Assembly: GCA_964106645.2 (NCBI GenBank)
Contig: OZ067040.1
Direction: 5' to 3' (one strand)
DNA length: 64,000 nucleotides
Source of the DNA: Podarcis pityusensis
Lineage: Eukaryota
A program made the translations under genes and the position numbers. A model generated the notes under the pieces. The model had not been told where the DNA came from. It ran no database searches and worked only from the letters and a program-made list of their open reading frames with translations. Shown one piece after another: positions 25,801 through 37,116 of the stretch (positions are counted from its first letter, which is position 1; every line of letters starts with the position of its first letter).

Positions 25801-26969
25801 TCCAGTTTCTCATTACGGTAATTCATAATATTTATAGACCATCTTTCAACAAAAGTACTCTCAAAGCAGTTAACACAGAACAACTAGATACTGGGCTAAG
25901 CACACAGCATTAATAAAGCATGGTTGCTAATCATGGGCAGGCTTTCCATAGTACTCTTATGATGGGAAGTCCCATTGCAATTTGCCCTGGTCCTACAGCT
26001 CATTCATATCTTTCTCAGCATACTGAGAGTCAAAGTGTAAAAACAGACGAGAGAAGAGAAGCAGCAACAAGGACCAAATCAGGGAGGCAATACGTTTCTC
26101 CAAGACCATGTTTCTTGAGATACTGGAGTCTAATCCTGGGAAAGATCTAGCAATCCCACAGGAGAGATCACTTTCATATTGTTTAATGACAGTGATGGTA
26201 ACCTCTGACCTTGATGAAAGACAGTGCTTCTGACCTTCCGTTTGTTAAATAATACCAGCCACTTACTTTCTGATTTTTATCAGTGTTTGGTAATTGGGGG
26301 TCAGGACAAAGCCAGCAGAGAACACTTACCACCGAGCTTTATTGAACGTAGAAGAATTTGTATTAAGCAACAGATTTTGTTGTTTTTTGAAAAAAGAAAG
26401 CTCAGCCACGATGGGTGGGAAGTGGAGACTGAGTAGCTTGTAAAATCAGTTATGGAATAATGAGCTTTCAACTCTGACATCTGCTTTGAATCCGGTTTGT
26501 GCTCAACAGTGGAAAATTCATTAACACCTGAGATTGATTAGTTGACCTTGCTCATATAATCTGGGGTCCTAGGCCAGTTCAAACTGGATAGGTGTTCATG
26601 CAATAAAATTTACAGTCACCATTTATTCTAACTGGCACCCTCAGAGGCTGACACACCAAAGGTTCTGTGGCAAGACAGAGGGCGTAGGAAAGCAACACAT
26701 GGCTGAGTTTTACAAAGCCATTTCCTGGGGTGAGTCTCTTGGATAAACTTCAACATGAACCCTGCACTGCTCATGCCTCTCTTTGTAGCTTCATTTCACT
26801 GGCCCTCGAGATCCCTTCCAGCTCTGTGTTTCTCTGTGTGCTTCTGTAGAATTCAGCTACATGGAAATAAAGGTCTGCAAGCCTTTTCAATGAAATCAGA
26901 ATAGTAAAGCTAATACTGTAAATAAAAATACTAATAAATAATCTTTTTTTAAAAATAAAGGAAGTCTGG

Positions 26970-27425
26970 TCTGACTGCATTGGCTTTCAACCAGTTTCTG
27001 GGACCAATTCAAGGTACTGGATTTGACCGATAAAACATTAAAACAGCCCAGGACCACAACCCCTCAAGGACCACCTCTCCCCATATGAACCAACTCGGAC
27101 CCTCTGCTCATCATGTGAGGCCCTTCTTCCTGTGCCCTCACCGCAAGAGGTTTGGAGGGTGGCAACATTAGAATGGGCCTTTTTTGCAGTAGCTCCCTAT
27201 TGTAGAATGCTTTCCCTAAGGAGACTTGCCTGGTGTCATCATTATATATCTTTAGACACTAGGCAAAAGCTTTCCTCTATAACCAGGTCTTTAACTATCT
27301 GTGGTCTTTTAGAAGTAGGTGAGTTGTTTTTAATGTATTTCTCTTTCTTCTTGGGTTTGTCTGTTGGTAGGTTTGTTGGTTGTAAGTTGCTTTGGGTTGC
27401 CTTAGGCAAGATAAAGCAACTAATT
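26970..27425 (+). mobile_element. L2-clade LINE 3' fragment
   Basis: LHW..QFKVL-like start, AFFAVAP motif, decayed. Confidence 0.65.
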
Positions 27426-27434
27426 TAATAAATA

Positions 27435-27649
27435 CAGTGGTAACTCAGGTTACAGACACTTCAGGTTACAGACTCCGCTAACCCAAAAATAGTACCTTGG
27501 GTTAAGAATTTTGCTTCAGGATGAGAACAGAAATCGCACAGCGGCGGCAGGAGGCCCCATTAGCTAAAGTGGTGTCTCAGGTTAAGAACAGTTTCAGGTT
27601 AAGAACGGACCTCCAGAACGAATTAAGTTCTTAACCTGAGGTACCACTG
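27435..27649. mobile_element. Tc1/mariner-pogo MITE
   Basis: Same family; TA TSD. Confidence 0.9.
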
Positions 27650-27689
27650 TAATAAATAAAATAAAATAATAATTAGGTAAGCCACTTCT

Positions 27690-27903
27690 GTAGTGTGGTG
27701 TAGTGGTTAAAGTGTCAGACTAAGATTTGGGATACTAGGGCTCACTTGGCCATGAAGCTCACTTGGTGACCATGTGTGAGCCACTGACTCTCAACCTAAC
27801 CTCAAAAGGTTGTTGTGGGGATTATATGAGGAGGGAGAGAACCATGTATGCCACCTTGAGCTAATTGGAGAAAAGGTAGGATATGAATAAAACAAATAAA
27901 TAA
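27690..27903 (+). mobile_element. Older tRNA/CORE-type SINE
   Basis: Head GTGTGGTGTAGTGGTTAAAGTG, similar to the 21471 copy; A-rich tail. Confidence 0.7.
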
Positions 27904-28615
27904 CCATGTACATTTTAGACAATGTGCATTTAGCTATTAAGTTACACATATTTTGCACAGCCATACAAAACAGAGTTCTGTCATATCATCATTTTTTCAA
28001 ATACAATATTTTGGTTTGTTTGTACGGAATAAGTGATTTGTCGTTTTTCCAAAAAGGGGGAGGGGAATCAATTACTGATCTATTAGTACCCCTCCATGGA
28101 AAACCTCGTACACTTCCAATGTTCCCCAAAGTGAAGAACATTTGTTTGTTCACCACTGCAACCCTTGCCAGTGAAAAAGACAGAATCCAAATGCATCATA
28201 TTTGTTCAGAAGTTCCATGCAGGGCTTCCTCTCGAGCAAGTGTGCATGGGACGGTGCTTCTTCACCCGTTATTATTCTGGGTGCTCTAGATATTGTCGTT
28301 GCTTTTTAACCAGGCAGCAATTCTTCAAGCAAAGCTTTCTGCCATGCCGGCGTCGCCGCGGCGAGATCGGAAAAGCTGCGCCTGTTGAACTTTTGTCCGC
28401 CGCGCTACTGTTTAAAGGGGAGGACGCCAAGTCGAAGCGGGGACGCGTAGCAACAGCTTCAGCTTTCACTGCAGGCCCCGTTTCTAGGGCATTGGGCTTG
28501 CTGACTATGAAAGGTTTTTGGCCGGCTGCCAGGGGGGCGGGGCGGGGCAAGATGAGAAGCTGCCTTCGAACGCCGAGAGGGGGCCGAGGCCGACCTCTGA
28601 CCTCACGTCCAGCGC

Positions 28616-28643
28616 GGCGCCTTGGAGACGGTTGCCCGGCAAC
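28616..28643. promoter_or_regulatory. RFX X-box pair
   Basis: Palindromic GTTGCC-C-GGCAAC at 28631-28643 plus adjacent X-box-like GGCGCCTTGGAGAC; RFX control of ciliary genes is established. Confidence 0.8.
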
Positions 28644-28705
28644 GGGACGCAAGCGTCGGGGCCTGCGCTCTCTGGTCCCCACCGCCACCCCCAAGCCCGG
28701 CGGCC

Positions 28706-28932
28706 ATGGATGCTGAGACGCTGCCCTACGCGCTGGACCTGGTGGCGGGCAGCGGCGTGTGCCTGAGCCCGGAGAAGCGAGCGGCCCTGCGGAACTCGCT
28801 GCTGCTGGTGCGCCGGGACTACCGCTTCGAGCAAGTACGCCTGTGGGGCCGCATCCAGGGCACCCGAGGAGCCTACTACATCGCCGAGGGCGTGGGGCCC
28901 GACAGGGCGGGGGCCAGAAGCCGCCTCTACAG
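28706..28932 (+). CDS. RSPH9: Radial spoke head component 9, coding exon 1
   Basis: Kozak-like GCGGCCATGG; MDAETLPYALDLVAGSGVCLSPEKRAALRNSLLLVRRDYRFEQVRLWGRIQG... matches the RSPH9 N-terminus; donor AG|GTGGGC; 227 nt, phase 2. Confidence 0.97.
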
Positions 28933-30240
28933 GTGGGCAGCTGGGCTCGCAGAAGATGGACTGCGGTGAAATAGGGCAGGTGAAATAGCGGGGGGGGGGG
29001 GGAGACATGGCTCCAGCAGGTTGGCCGTCCCTGCCTCCCCTTTACTCCTGTGCCTTTAATAGCTGCTGCCCAGGTAGAGGTTTGCACAGGTGCGCTGTTT
29101 CCTGAGAAGCGTTGCGAGATGCCCCCAAAGTGTCAGCTGTCAGACTTCTCAGCAGGTCAAGCTTTTCCCAGCAGCGCAGCACCACGCTAGAAACCCTAAT
29201 CTCACAGTCATTGGTTCAAGCCCCACATTGGGTGAAAGATTGCAAGAGGTTGAACTAGATGATCCTCGTGGTCCAACTCTACAATTCTGTGATTCTATTG
29301 GTGAGCCTTAGTTGATCACAGCTACTTTTTAAAATCCAGTCAAAACATTAAGTTCAAGTCAATGGAAGAGAATTCAGGTCATGAGGGGACAGTAATGTCT
29401 AGAAGCAGCATCCTCCTGATGCCTTATGAAAAAATGTGTGTGGGAGAGGGAGTGAGGTTAGTTTTAAATGGCAACATAGGCAGAGAGGGCAAGTTAAACT
29501 CTAAATGAAAGTTAACACTTGTGGAGCACTTCTGAGTGTTCAGAGCACTTTGCAGGCATTATCTATTATCTCCATATTGCAGACAGGGCAACTGAGGCTG
29601 AAAGAGTGACTTGCCTAAGGCCATCTAGTGAGTTAATGGCATAGGCAAGAAGTGACCCATGAACTTCACAGTGCAGTCCCTTAACAGTACATTCCTATTT
29701 AGAAACTAGTCTCATTGAGTTCAGTGTGTCATACTTCCAGGTACGTTTGTACTGGATTGTAGTCTTAGTCACTATTTAAAACCATTTTCTTACTGGCAGT
29801 GGCCACTTTGGGGCATGGAGCCACAACACGAGGAAGCTGTTGTTATTGTTTATTTTAAAAAAGTTGTTTTGCAAGGCAAGGGGCATATTCAGCGAGAGGT
29901 TCATCTTTCATCTTTTGCATGTCCCTGCTTTATATAGCACCCTAGCTTGGTAGGAATTCTGACCTGATCCTTTATGAGTTTGCTACTATCTGTTTTAGTT
30001 TTGCCTTCAGATTTAGAAGCCATTCTGCCTTTCCTCCTACCTATCTCAAGTGACTTCCCCACTCCTCCTTCACACATTGTGGTGTCATGAGGAGGCAGTT
30101 GGTTTTTATCTCTGCTTGCCACCTGTTCTCTTGCTTGTTTCTGTGAGATCTTTCAGTAGACCTCCAAATGTCTGAAAACATGAGTTTTTTTGCCAATAAA
30201 AATATGCTTTACCCTTTTATTATGTATGTGTGAATGACAG

Positions 30241-30400
30241 CTTGAATTGTGTGGAATGGAGCCTTCTGCCACCTCCTAATGAGGAATTTACTGCACTGAC
30301 TTCAGTGCTAAAGGGACGTTTCCAAGGGGACCCATCCTATGAATATGAACACTATGAGAAGAAAGAAGAAGGTGAGAGACCATATGAAGAGGAAGCAACA
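30241..30400 (+). CDS. RSPH9: RSPH9 coding exon 2
   Basis: Acceptor gacag|C, donor ACA|GTGAGT; (S)LNCVEWSLLPPPNEE...GRFQGDPSYEYEH; 160 nt restores phase 0. Confidence 0.96.
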
Positions 30401-31527
30401 GTGAGTACATTGCAGCACCCCGGGATCCCGTCACCTAATGCTTACAATATATTTTTTCACAATTTGCACTTGTGCCTTTTTGAAGTAAAACATTTTTCCT
30501 AGTTTTCTAGGAATGCAGAGCAATATGATATAATTATGACATAGGACTACTAACATTTTTGTGTTGCTTCATATTTTTTTTTACTAGTGTAGGAATTTAT
30601 TATTTGGAATTTTTTAAAATTAGGTAACAGAGATTTGAATTGGAATTTCTTACAAACCTTTCTTATCCATTTAACATATCTGGTCCTTGGAGCTCACTGG
30701 GTTTGGTGCAGGCAAAATACTAAGTTAAAAGGCTTAGCAGAAGCTTTTTATAAACACACACACAAACATACCTGCACTCAGTTTCATACAGATATCACAC
30801 AGGCATATAAAGAAAATATACAAAAGAGCTAATTCCTATGTTCCAAGGTTGGAATGGAAAGGTAGTAGAAGTTAGAGGTAGCAGTGGTGACCTTCTATCC
30901 TTTATTCACCCCAGCAATTCAGCTACATATTCACTAGTTTGTGTCAAGAGATTCATGCCAAGCTTCTTCTCCCTTTTCCCCTTTTTATACAGTTTTTGTA
31001 AAACATTGAGATTCTATAAAAAGTAATGTACCCCACTCCACTACCCTGCTAGTAATCTAGCCTTCCCTTTCCCTCCACATTTGACTTTGGCCTACACCCC
31101 AGATGTATTCCATATGTATGAGTTGAATATTCCAGCAAGTCTCTATATACTTATTTCCCACTTCTCTCTGTGTGTGTCTCATGTGGAACACATACATACA
31201 TGTGCCGACTACCTTATCAGTTGAACCCTAATCTCACTTTCCTGTACTCCTTACAGCTGGTCCCTCTTTTCCTAATCTTGCTGTAACCTAACTGCAGGCT
31301 GTGGTTCCTGTTTTGATGCAGCTGACTTATTGTGTGTGTGTTAAAACAGCATCTGTCTTAAGCCCCAATGCCATGTAATGAAAATAAATGTTTTGGCATT
31401 CTTTTCTCCTATGACAGATGAAGGCAATATATATATTTTAAGTTTGTAGGTGCATGATTCTGTTCCAGTTCTCATTCTAGTATGTAAAACTAAGGTGGCT
31501 TTTCTTAATGTTTGCTTTTTCCTAAAG

Positions 31528-31657
31528 AACTTGATCAAGGAAGAAGTCCGTCTTGTATCTGCAATAGATCAGATAGATAAAGCAGTGGGTATTGTTCCAC
31601 GGGGTGCCTATATAAAGTCACCACTGGGACCTGTGCATGAAAACAGAAACTTTGAAG
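31528..31657 (+). CDS. RSPH9: RSPH9 coding exon 3
   Basis: Polypyrimidine + aaag|; NLIKEEVRLVSAIDQIDKAVGIVPRGAYIKSPLGPVHENRNFE; donor AG|GTAAGT; 130 nt. Confidence 0.96.
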
Positions 31658-31789
31658 GTAAGTCCGTGTAAGTCATAACTGCGTCTTTGAACACAAAAGT
31701 AGTCACAAACAGTTATTTCTTCCATGTTTGACTTGGTGGCAAGGGTCTCTGCTGCTACAGTGAGCCGAAGGGAAATACGGGGATGCACA

Positions 31790-31900
31790 CATGGGCATAA
31801 ATTAAAACAATAGAAATACTTAACTAACTGACCAATCACTTCGGTTCTGCCCTCCCTAACCAAGTCCTGCCTCCGCCCCCAAATCCTGGCTACGCCCATG
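31790..31900. mobile_element. Internally deleted hAT (CATGGGCGTAGCC TIR family) in RSPH9 intron 3
   Basis: CATGGGCATA / TACGCCCATG; perfect TSD GATGCACA. Confidence 0.85.
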
Positions 31901-32447
31901 GATGCACAACCAGAACTATTAATTGTTTCTTCTTGGGGCAACAACAGCACTAAAGTAGGAAAAACCATATTTCAGTTCATTTTTTGCACTCATGCTCTTG
32001 AGTCTTGCTAGTCATGTGAGGAAATGTTACTATGCATGACAGTGTAAAGCATCCTGTCCCTCATGTGGAGGACCTTAATCATAGTAGATGTATGACAAGC
32101 CTTGCATATATGACAACATAGGGCTATCTGGAATGACTTTGCTTTTGGAGATACCTATCTCATGATCCTGTAGTGCTTTTGGTTATGGTGCTGGTTTGAA
32201 GATTGCTTCCTTTGATTTCAGAGCTCAGTTTAGATTGCAGCAGCTACCAATAGATTTCCCTTGGTTGAAGTGGGCTGCATAAAAGTAACTGATTTTCCAT
32301 GATACTGCAAGACTACCTATTTCTAGAGGTCTCTGTCTACTTCTGTGGGTTCATTTAGTGTCATCAGCACATAGATGCTTCATAAGTCTATTAGATAGTG
32401 AGCTTGTAGTAAATTGAAAGATGGCAAAGTTCTTATTACCCCAACAG

Positions 32448-32594
32448 GTCTGTCTTTGGTGGAGGCTAAAAAATTAAGCTCCTATTTCCATTTCACTGAG
32501 CCTGTAAATTTGAAGAACAAAACTCTCCTGGAGAAAGCTGACCTGGACCCTGCCATTGACTTCCTGGATTCACTTGAGCATGATATTCCTAAAG
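32448..32594 (+). CDS. RSPH9: RSPH9 coding exon 4
   Basis: ccaacag|; GLSLVEAKKLSSYFHFTEPVNLKNKTLLEKADLDPAIDFLDSLEHDIPK; donor AG|GTAGGG; 147 nt. Confidence 0.97.
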
Positions 32595-35201
32595 GTAGGG
32601 AAGATGTGACATTCCAAATGCAAAATGAAAATAGTGTTGTGAAGTTTTCATATCCACTTAAGAAGTACTATCTGCTTTTTCACTGTGTAATAATAACAAT
32701 AAGCATTTATATGGAGCTTTTTAGTGCTTAGAGAACTCTTGTTTCAACCCACTGCAGGTTTGTGGGTCTACAATTCCCATATTGTAGACTGCAGGAAGGA
32801 CTCTGAGCATGATGGCAATTTACCGAAGGCCATGTAGCTTTTCCAAGACTAAGCTAAGCTCACAGTTTCCACTCTTGTTGGTGTGTGTGCATAAAAAAAG
32901 ATGTATGGCCTTCCTTTCAATACAATAATTTTCAAAGTGGAGAACAATCTAAATACAGCAATAAAGCACACACACACAAAAGCATGAACCCCATAAGCAG
33001 AGCTGCTAAACCCAAATAAAATCAGATTAGGCACACCAAATAGCAAAGGCTGCCCCAAAACTAACATGCTACATTATTTCTCATAACAAAACATGATACA
33101 TATAATTTGTGCATGGTCTGGTTCTTCAGCTATACCAACCTTTCCAGTGGCAGGATAAAACACATAAAAACCAAAATGAGCTGTTGCATCCTTTCACTGG
33201 GTAGCTTTGTCTGTGTCTTGTGTCAGCACCCTGTTCTGCTTGAACTTTCTGTGTTTTCTCTTCATTAAAAGGGGCTTGCAGCAGCCAGTGTCCTGGTGGG
33301 CAAGATAAGGCTACTTAGAGATAGGAACATTTTTATGTGGTTTGAAGTATTTTGCAAGACCATTTCCACCCAATATTGCCTCTTATCTAAATGGGGTCTT
33401 GTTAACTCTAACCTTGTATCCTGGGCAGTCTAAGTTCAAACTTTTCTTTGATAAATCTCTTACCTTGGCAGGAGAAAATGTAACAGTTTAGGAAATGGAG
33501 GAATACACTCATTATTAAATGTGAATATCTTAGCCCCTAAGCGCAATGAAAACAATTAATGTAGCTCTTATTGTTTTCTAATTTATGCTGTTTTACAGCT
33601 CCCTCCTTAAAATACCTTTTGCTTCCAAATAAACATAACAGAACTACCAGAACTGAATACAGATTGCTCTTTTGTACAAATATGATCCTTTATTATCTGC
33701 AAATTGAACATGTCAGCCCTTCTGAAGTTTCCTAACCCCTCATCAACACAAACATTATTACCTCTCCCACTTTCACACATTTCTTTTGCATCCTATATGC
33801 TGTTCTGGAGTTCTCACCCTCTTAATCTCTTCTCCAGAGCCCATTCCACACTGCTCAGTATGTTGAATTAAACTATTCCATGTTGTGTATCCAATGCATC
33901 TCCTTCACCTCTAGCTACTTTTAGTGCCTCATTAAATACTTCCCACAGAGTTTGTGTAGAAAAGGGTGCTTTAGAGGCTGTGGTGCTCTGGCTAGAATTT
34001 GGTTTGTAGCTTAGGACCTTTTTTATCATGAATTTTTATATCTTTCACATAAAAATCTTTGCTGATTTTGTTACTGTAGTTAGGGCTAACGGTGTTTGTG
34101 CTTATCCATTATTTCAAACAAGAAGTCAAAAGGGAACAACAAAAATTACATGAGTTAGTTTTTGTATTTAATGCCCCCCTACCTTTATGGTCAGTATTAG
34201 TGAACTTCTCACAGCCAGTTTGCTTTTCAAAGTCATTAATCTGTTACCTTTACTTCATGAGCAGAGTAGCATGTGGCATGGCTCCTTCCTATCAGTAGAG
34301 TGGCCATTTGTCCTACTTTACAGAGTGTAGTCCTCTGTTTGTAGGGCTGTAAAGTACAAGTCCTGAATAAAGATAAAGAGCTTTAAGAGGAGACAGCAGG
34401 GTCTTTGAAGTTGCTCATTTGCATTCAGTAGACTGAGCATGCAGACAGGTTACCTGGTCACAGTCTTGCTCTCTGGTGAAAGGTCTTGTATTTCTGTTTC
34501 TAAATCATACTTCTAAATTGCTATATGCAAATCTATGGTGCCACCTTTATTTTGGCAATGCATAAGTGGCTATTGTACTTCTCTAACTCTGTGGTTCCAT
34601 GACATGGGGAACCAACATGGAAGCTGCAAAGTAAGGGGTTCTACACTCAATATTTTATATAAATAGCAATGTTTGAGAAGGGTGAATGAGCTTCCCATTC
34701 CAGTGCCAGAAAGTAGCAATAGCACTTGAAGCAGCTTGGCTTGTCAGTAAATGCTATAAATTTGATATGGCTTCCAAGGGGTTCCTATCAAAAAATGTTT
34801 GGGAATTGCTGAATTTGATGAAGCATTGTACAGAATTTGAGAATGGGAAGCTGGAGTGAGAGAGGGAGAATATTTGTGCTGTGATCTGCATGACTGCATT
34901 CAGAACAGCAGTTAATTCATCCTGCTAAATACAGAGTTTTATAAATTTGTAACACAAGGTGGCATCCAAATACAGAAATGTCTAAATAAATTCCACATTA
35001 ATGCATGAAAATATCCCCCCAATATCACAATGCCAGTGTAATTACAAAAAATTCTGCTCATGCTTACTCTACAGAAGTGACAGGAAAGTATAGGTTTGAC
35101 ATTAGATTAGAAGCAGCTGCAAAAGAGAGGACTTTGAAGCAAGTGACAATGGGATAGTTACTCATATGTCTGTGAAAATGTGTAAGGCATGCCTCACAAT
35201 A

Positions 35202-35431
35202 CAGTGGTACCTCCGGAGCCCTGTTCACATCCAGAAGCGAATGCAACCTGCGTCTGCGCGTGTGCGGGTCATGATTCACTGCTTCCACGCATGCGCATGC
35301 CATCATTATGACCGTCTGTGCATGCACGAGCGCTGAAACCCAGAAGTAACACGCTCCATTACTTCCGGGTCGCCGCATTGCGCAACCCAAAAATACTTAT
35401 CCTGAAGCTACTTCAACCCGAGGTATGACTG
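35202..35431. mobile_element. Tc1/mariner-pogo MITE (second family)
   Basis: TA-CAGTGGTACCTC...GAGGTATGACTG-TA; homologous to the 63378 copy. Confidence 0.85.
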
Positions 35432-35560
35432 TAGAGCTATGAACTCTAAAATACTAGAAGAGGTTTTAACAAACAGGCTTGCTATAAATTTTATTATTTT
35501 TCAGTTACAGCAGATCACTTCATCTGAGCCTAAGCAGTTGCTCTAGTTTTGTGTGGTATA

Positions 35561-35790
35561 CCATATTTTCTGCTCCAAAAGACACACTTTTTTCTTCCTA
35601 AAAAGTGAGGGGAAATATCTGTGCGTCTTATGGAGCGAATGTGTGGTCCCTGGAGCCGAATCGCCCAAGTGTGGCTCGCGCCGTTGCCCTGCCCTCCCGG
35701 GTTGCCAGCAGCGTCCCCTTTCCCCTGAAGTCCCGGGAAAGTTTGGGAGTGGCGGGCAGGCTGTGCACCGCTGCCTCGCACTCCCAGGCT
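35561..35790. mobile_element. Left part of a Tc2/pogo-like MITE
   Basis: TA-CCATATTTTCTGCTCC...GCGTCTTATGGAGCGAATG shared with the 2551 copy; no right TIR. Confidence 0.72.
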
Positions 35791-36984
35791 GCTCTCTTTG
35801 TCTGATTCTAGAACAGAGATCTGATTTTAATCTTGAGCTCTCAATCTTGCATTTATAGAAATTATGTTGAGTTGTGTGATTCTTGAATTGGCCCCTAATT
35901 GGCCCTCACACATTTATGGGTATTTAAGATGAACAGAAATATAGCTCATATTATGACTATAATATACCACAGCTACGAAATGTATATCACGAGCCAGAGC
36001 CCCAACTTCTTCCAACTCTCTCCCCATAATAACTGACGATGGTGCTCATTGTGTCTGATTACCAGGAGTTACTATTAGGTCTTATTATACTATATTATAC
36101 TTCCCTCACTGCTTCTGAGAACTATCTGTATCAGAACTATCCAACACTGGTTTCCTTTGTAGGGTTGAACTTTATCGGTACAGCATTTAATGGGGCTTTA
36201 GTATTGGGCGATGGGGCCTCTTTGTGCAAGTGCTTGGAGAAAATCCTCCAGGTTTTATGTTAGTGCTTTAATAGATGCAAAAGCCCCAGGTGCTGGGAGG
36301 ATTGAAGCTAAGAGACATGAACCTGTTTTATATCCAGGCATTAGCACAACTAATTTATTCCCTTTCACAGTCCCCCGCTCCCCCTGAAGTGATTAATCCC
36401 CTATCAAGCTCTGTCTCCAGCTATTCAAAAAGCCTGAGTCTGTAGGGTGTTTTTTTTTTAACAGCCCCTCGCCAGCAAGCAGACTGTAAGGCAGCCTGTT
36501 ATCGGTGTGTGGTGGAGGTGGTTTGAAGACAAATGGCTGCCTATCTCCCAAGTGGCCTTGCAAAACCCAACAAAGTGCTATGCTGTGCTGGCCACCTACT
36601 TTCCCCCAGCCTCCTCTCCCTGCTAACGTTTCACAGATGTGACCTGAGCCCTCCTCTTTCATAGCTTAACACTAAGCAGCACTTCCACAGCCTTGTGAAA
36701 ACTCTGAGCCCGAGAGCACTTTACCTTGCAGCCTGCCAAGAGCCACATGGGGACAAGACCTTTCAAGCTGCTTTTCTGAAATCCAAACTAAGAAGTTTAT
36801 AATGGATGAGGGGGAAGTAATGGTGTCAGAGAGAAAATGATGTTACCAAGAAGGCACAGAGAGTGGGGTGAGTCTGGTGGTGCTTCTCTAGTCTGTTCTT
36901 CAGTGGGGAAGGGCAGCTTTGAGAACTTGTGGGTTCAAAAGATAACAGCAGTACAGCCTTTGGAGCTTATGGCACATGGCAGAA

Positions 36985-37116
36985 CAGGCACAGGCAACAT
37001 TTGGTCCCCCAGATGTTTTGGTCTACAACTCCCATGATCCCTAGCTAACAGGACCAGTGGTCAGAGGTCATGGGAATTGTAGTCCAAAATTGTAGTCCGA
37101 AGGTTGCCCATGTCTG
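36985..37116. mobile_element. Palindromic hAT MITE
   Basis: Same core; TSD TGGCAGAA/TGGTAGAA. Confidence 0.8.

Larger units (their letters stand above)
2004..28404 (-). pseudogene. Candidate decayed multi-exon gene head-to-head with RSPH9 (possibly GREB1/TAGT-like)
   Basis: Minus-strand exon-like blocks, mostly with AG/GT borders: ~28090-28404, 26639-26856, 26330-26386, 26094-26209, 25781-25842, 25088-25230, 24867-25018, 23096-23197, 16192-16270, 14127-14165, 13750-13810, 12037-12230, ~8760-8900, 6684-6883, 6508-6528, 5854-5908, 2004-~2145; several in-phase joins; in-frame stops and frameshifts. Confidence 0.5.
28340..28960. promoter_or_regulatory. CpG island / RSPH9 promoter, possibly bidirectional
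   Basis: Only strongly CpG-rich non-repeat segment; tandem GC boxes GGGGCGGGGCGGGG at about 28534-28547; overlaps exon 1. Confidence 0.88.

Noticed and set aside
1-28300. MAD2L1BP expected from mammalian synteny
   Set aside because: No p31comet-like peptide found by eye in this interval; probably outside the window
28272-29087. Long ORFs (271, 183, 167 aa) over the CpG island
   Set aside because: GC-rich shadow frames of RSPH9 exon 1 and its promoter; low-complexity P/R/G/A content
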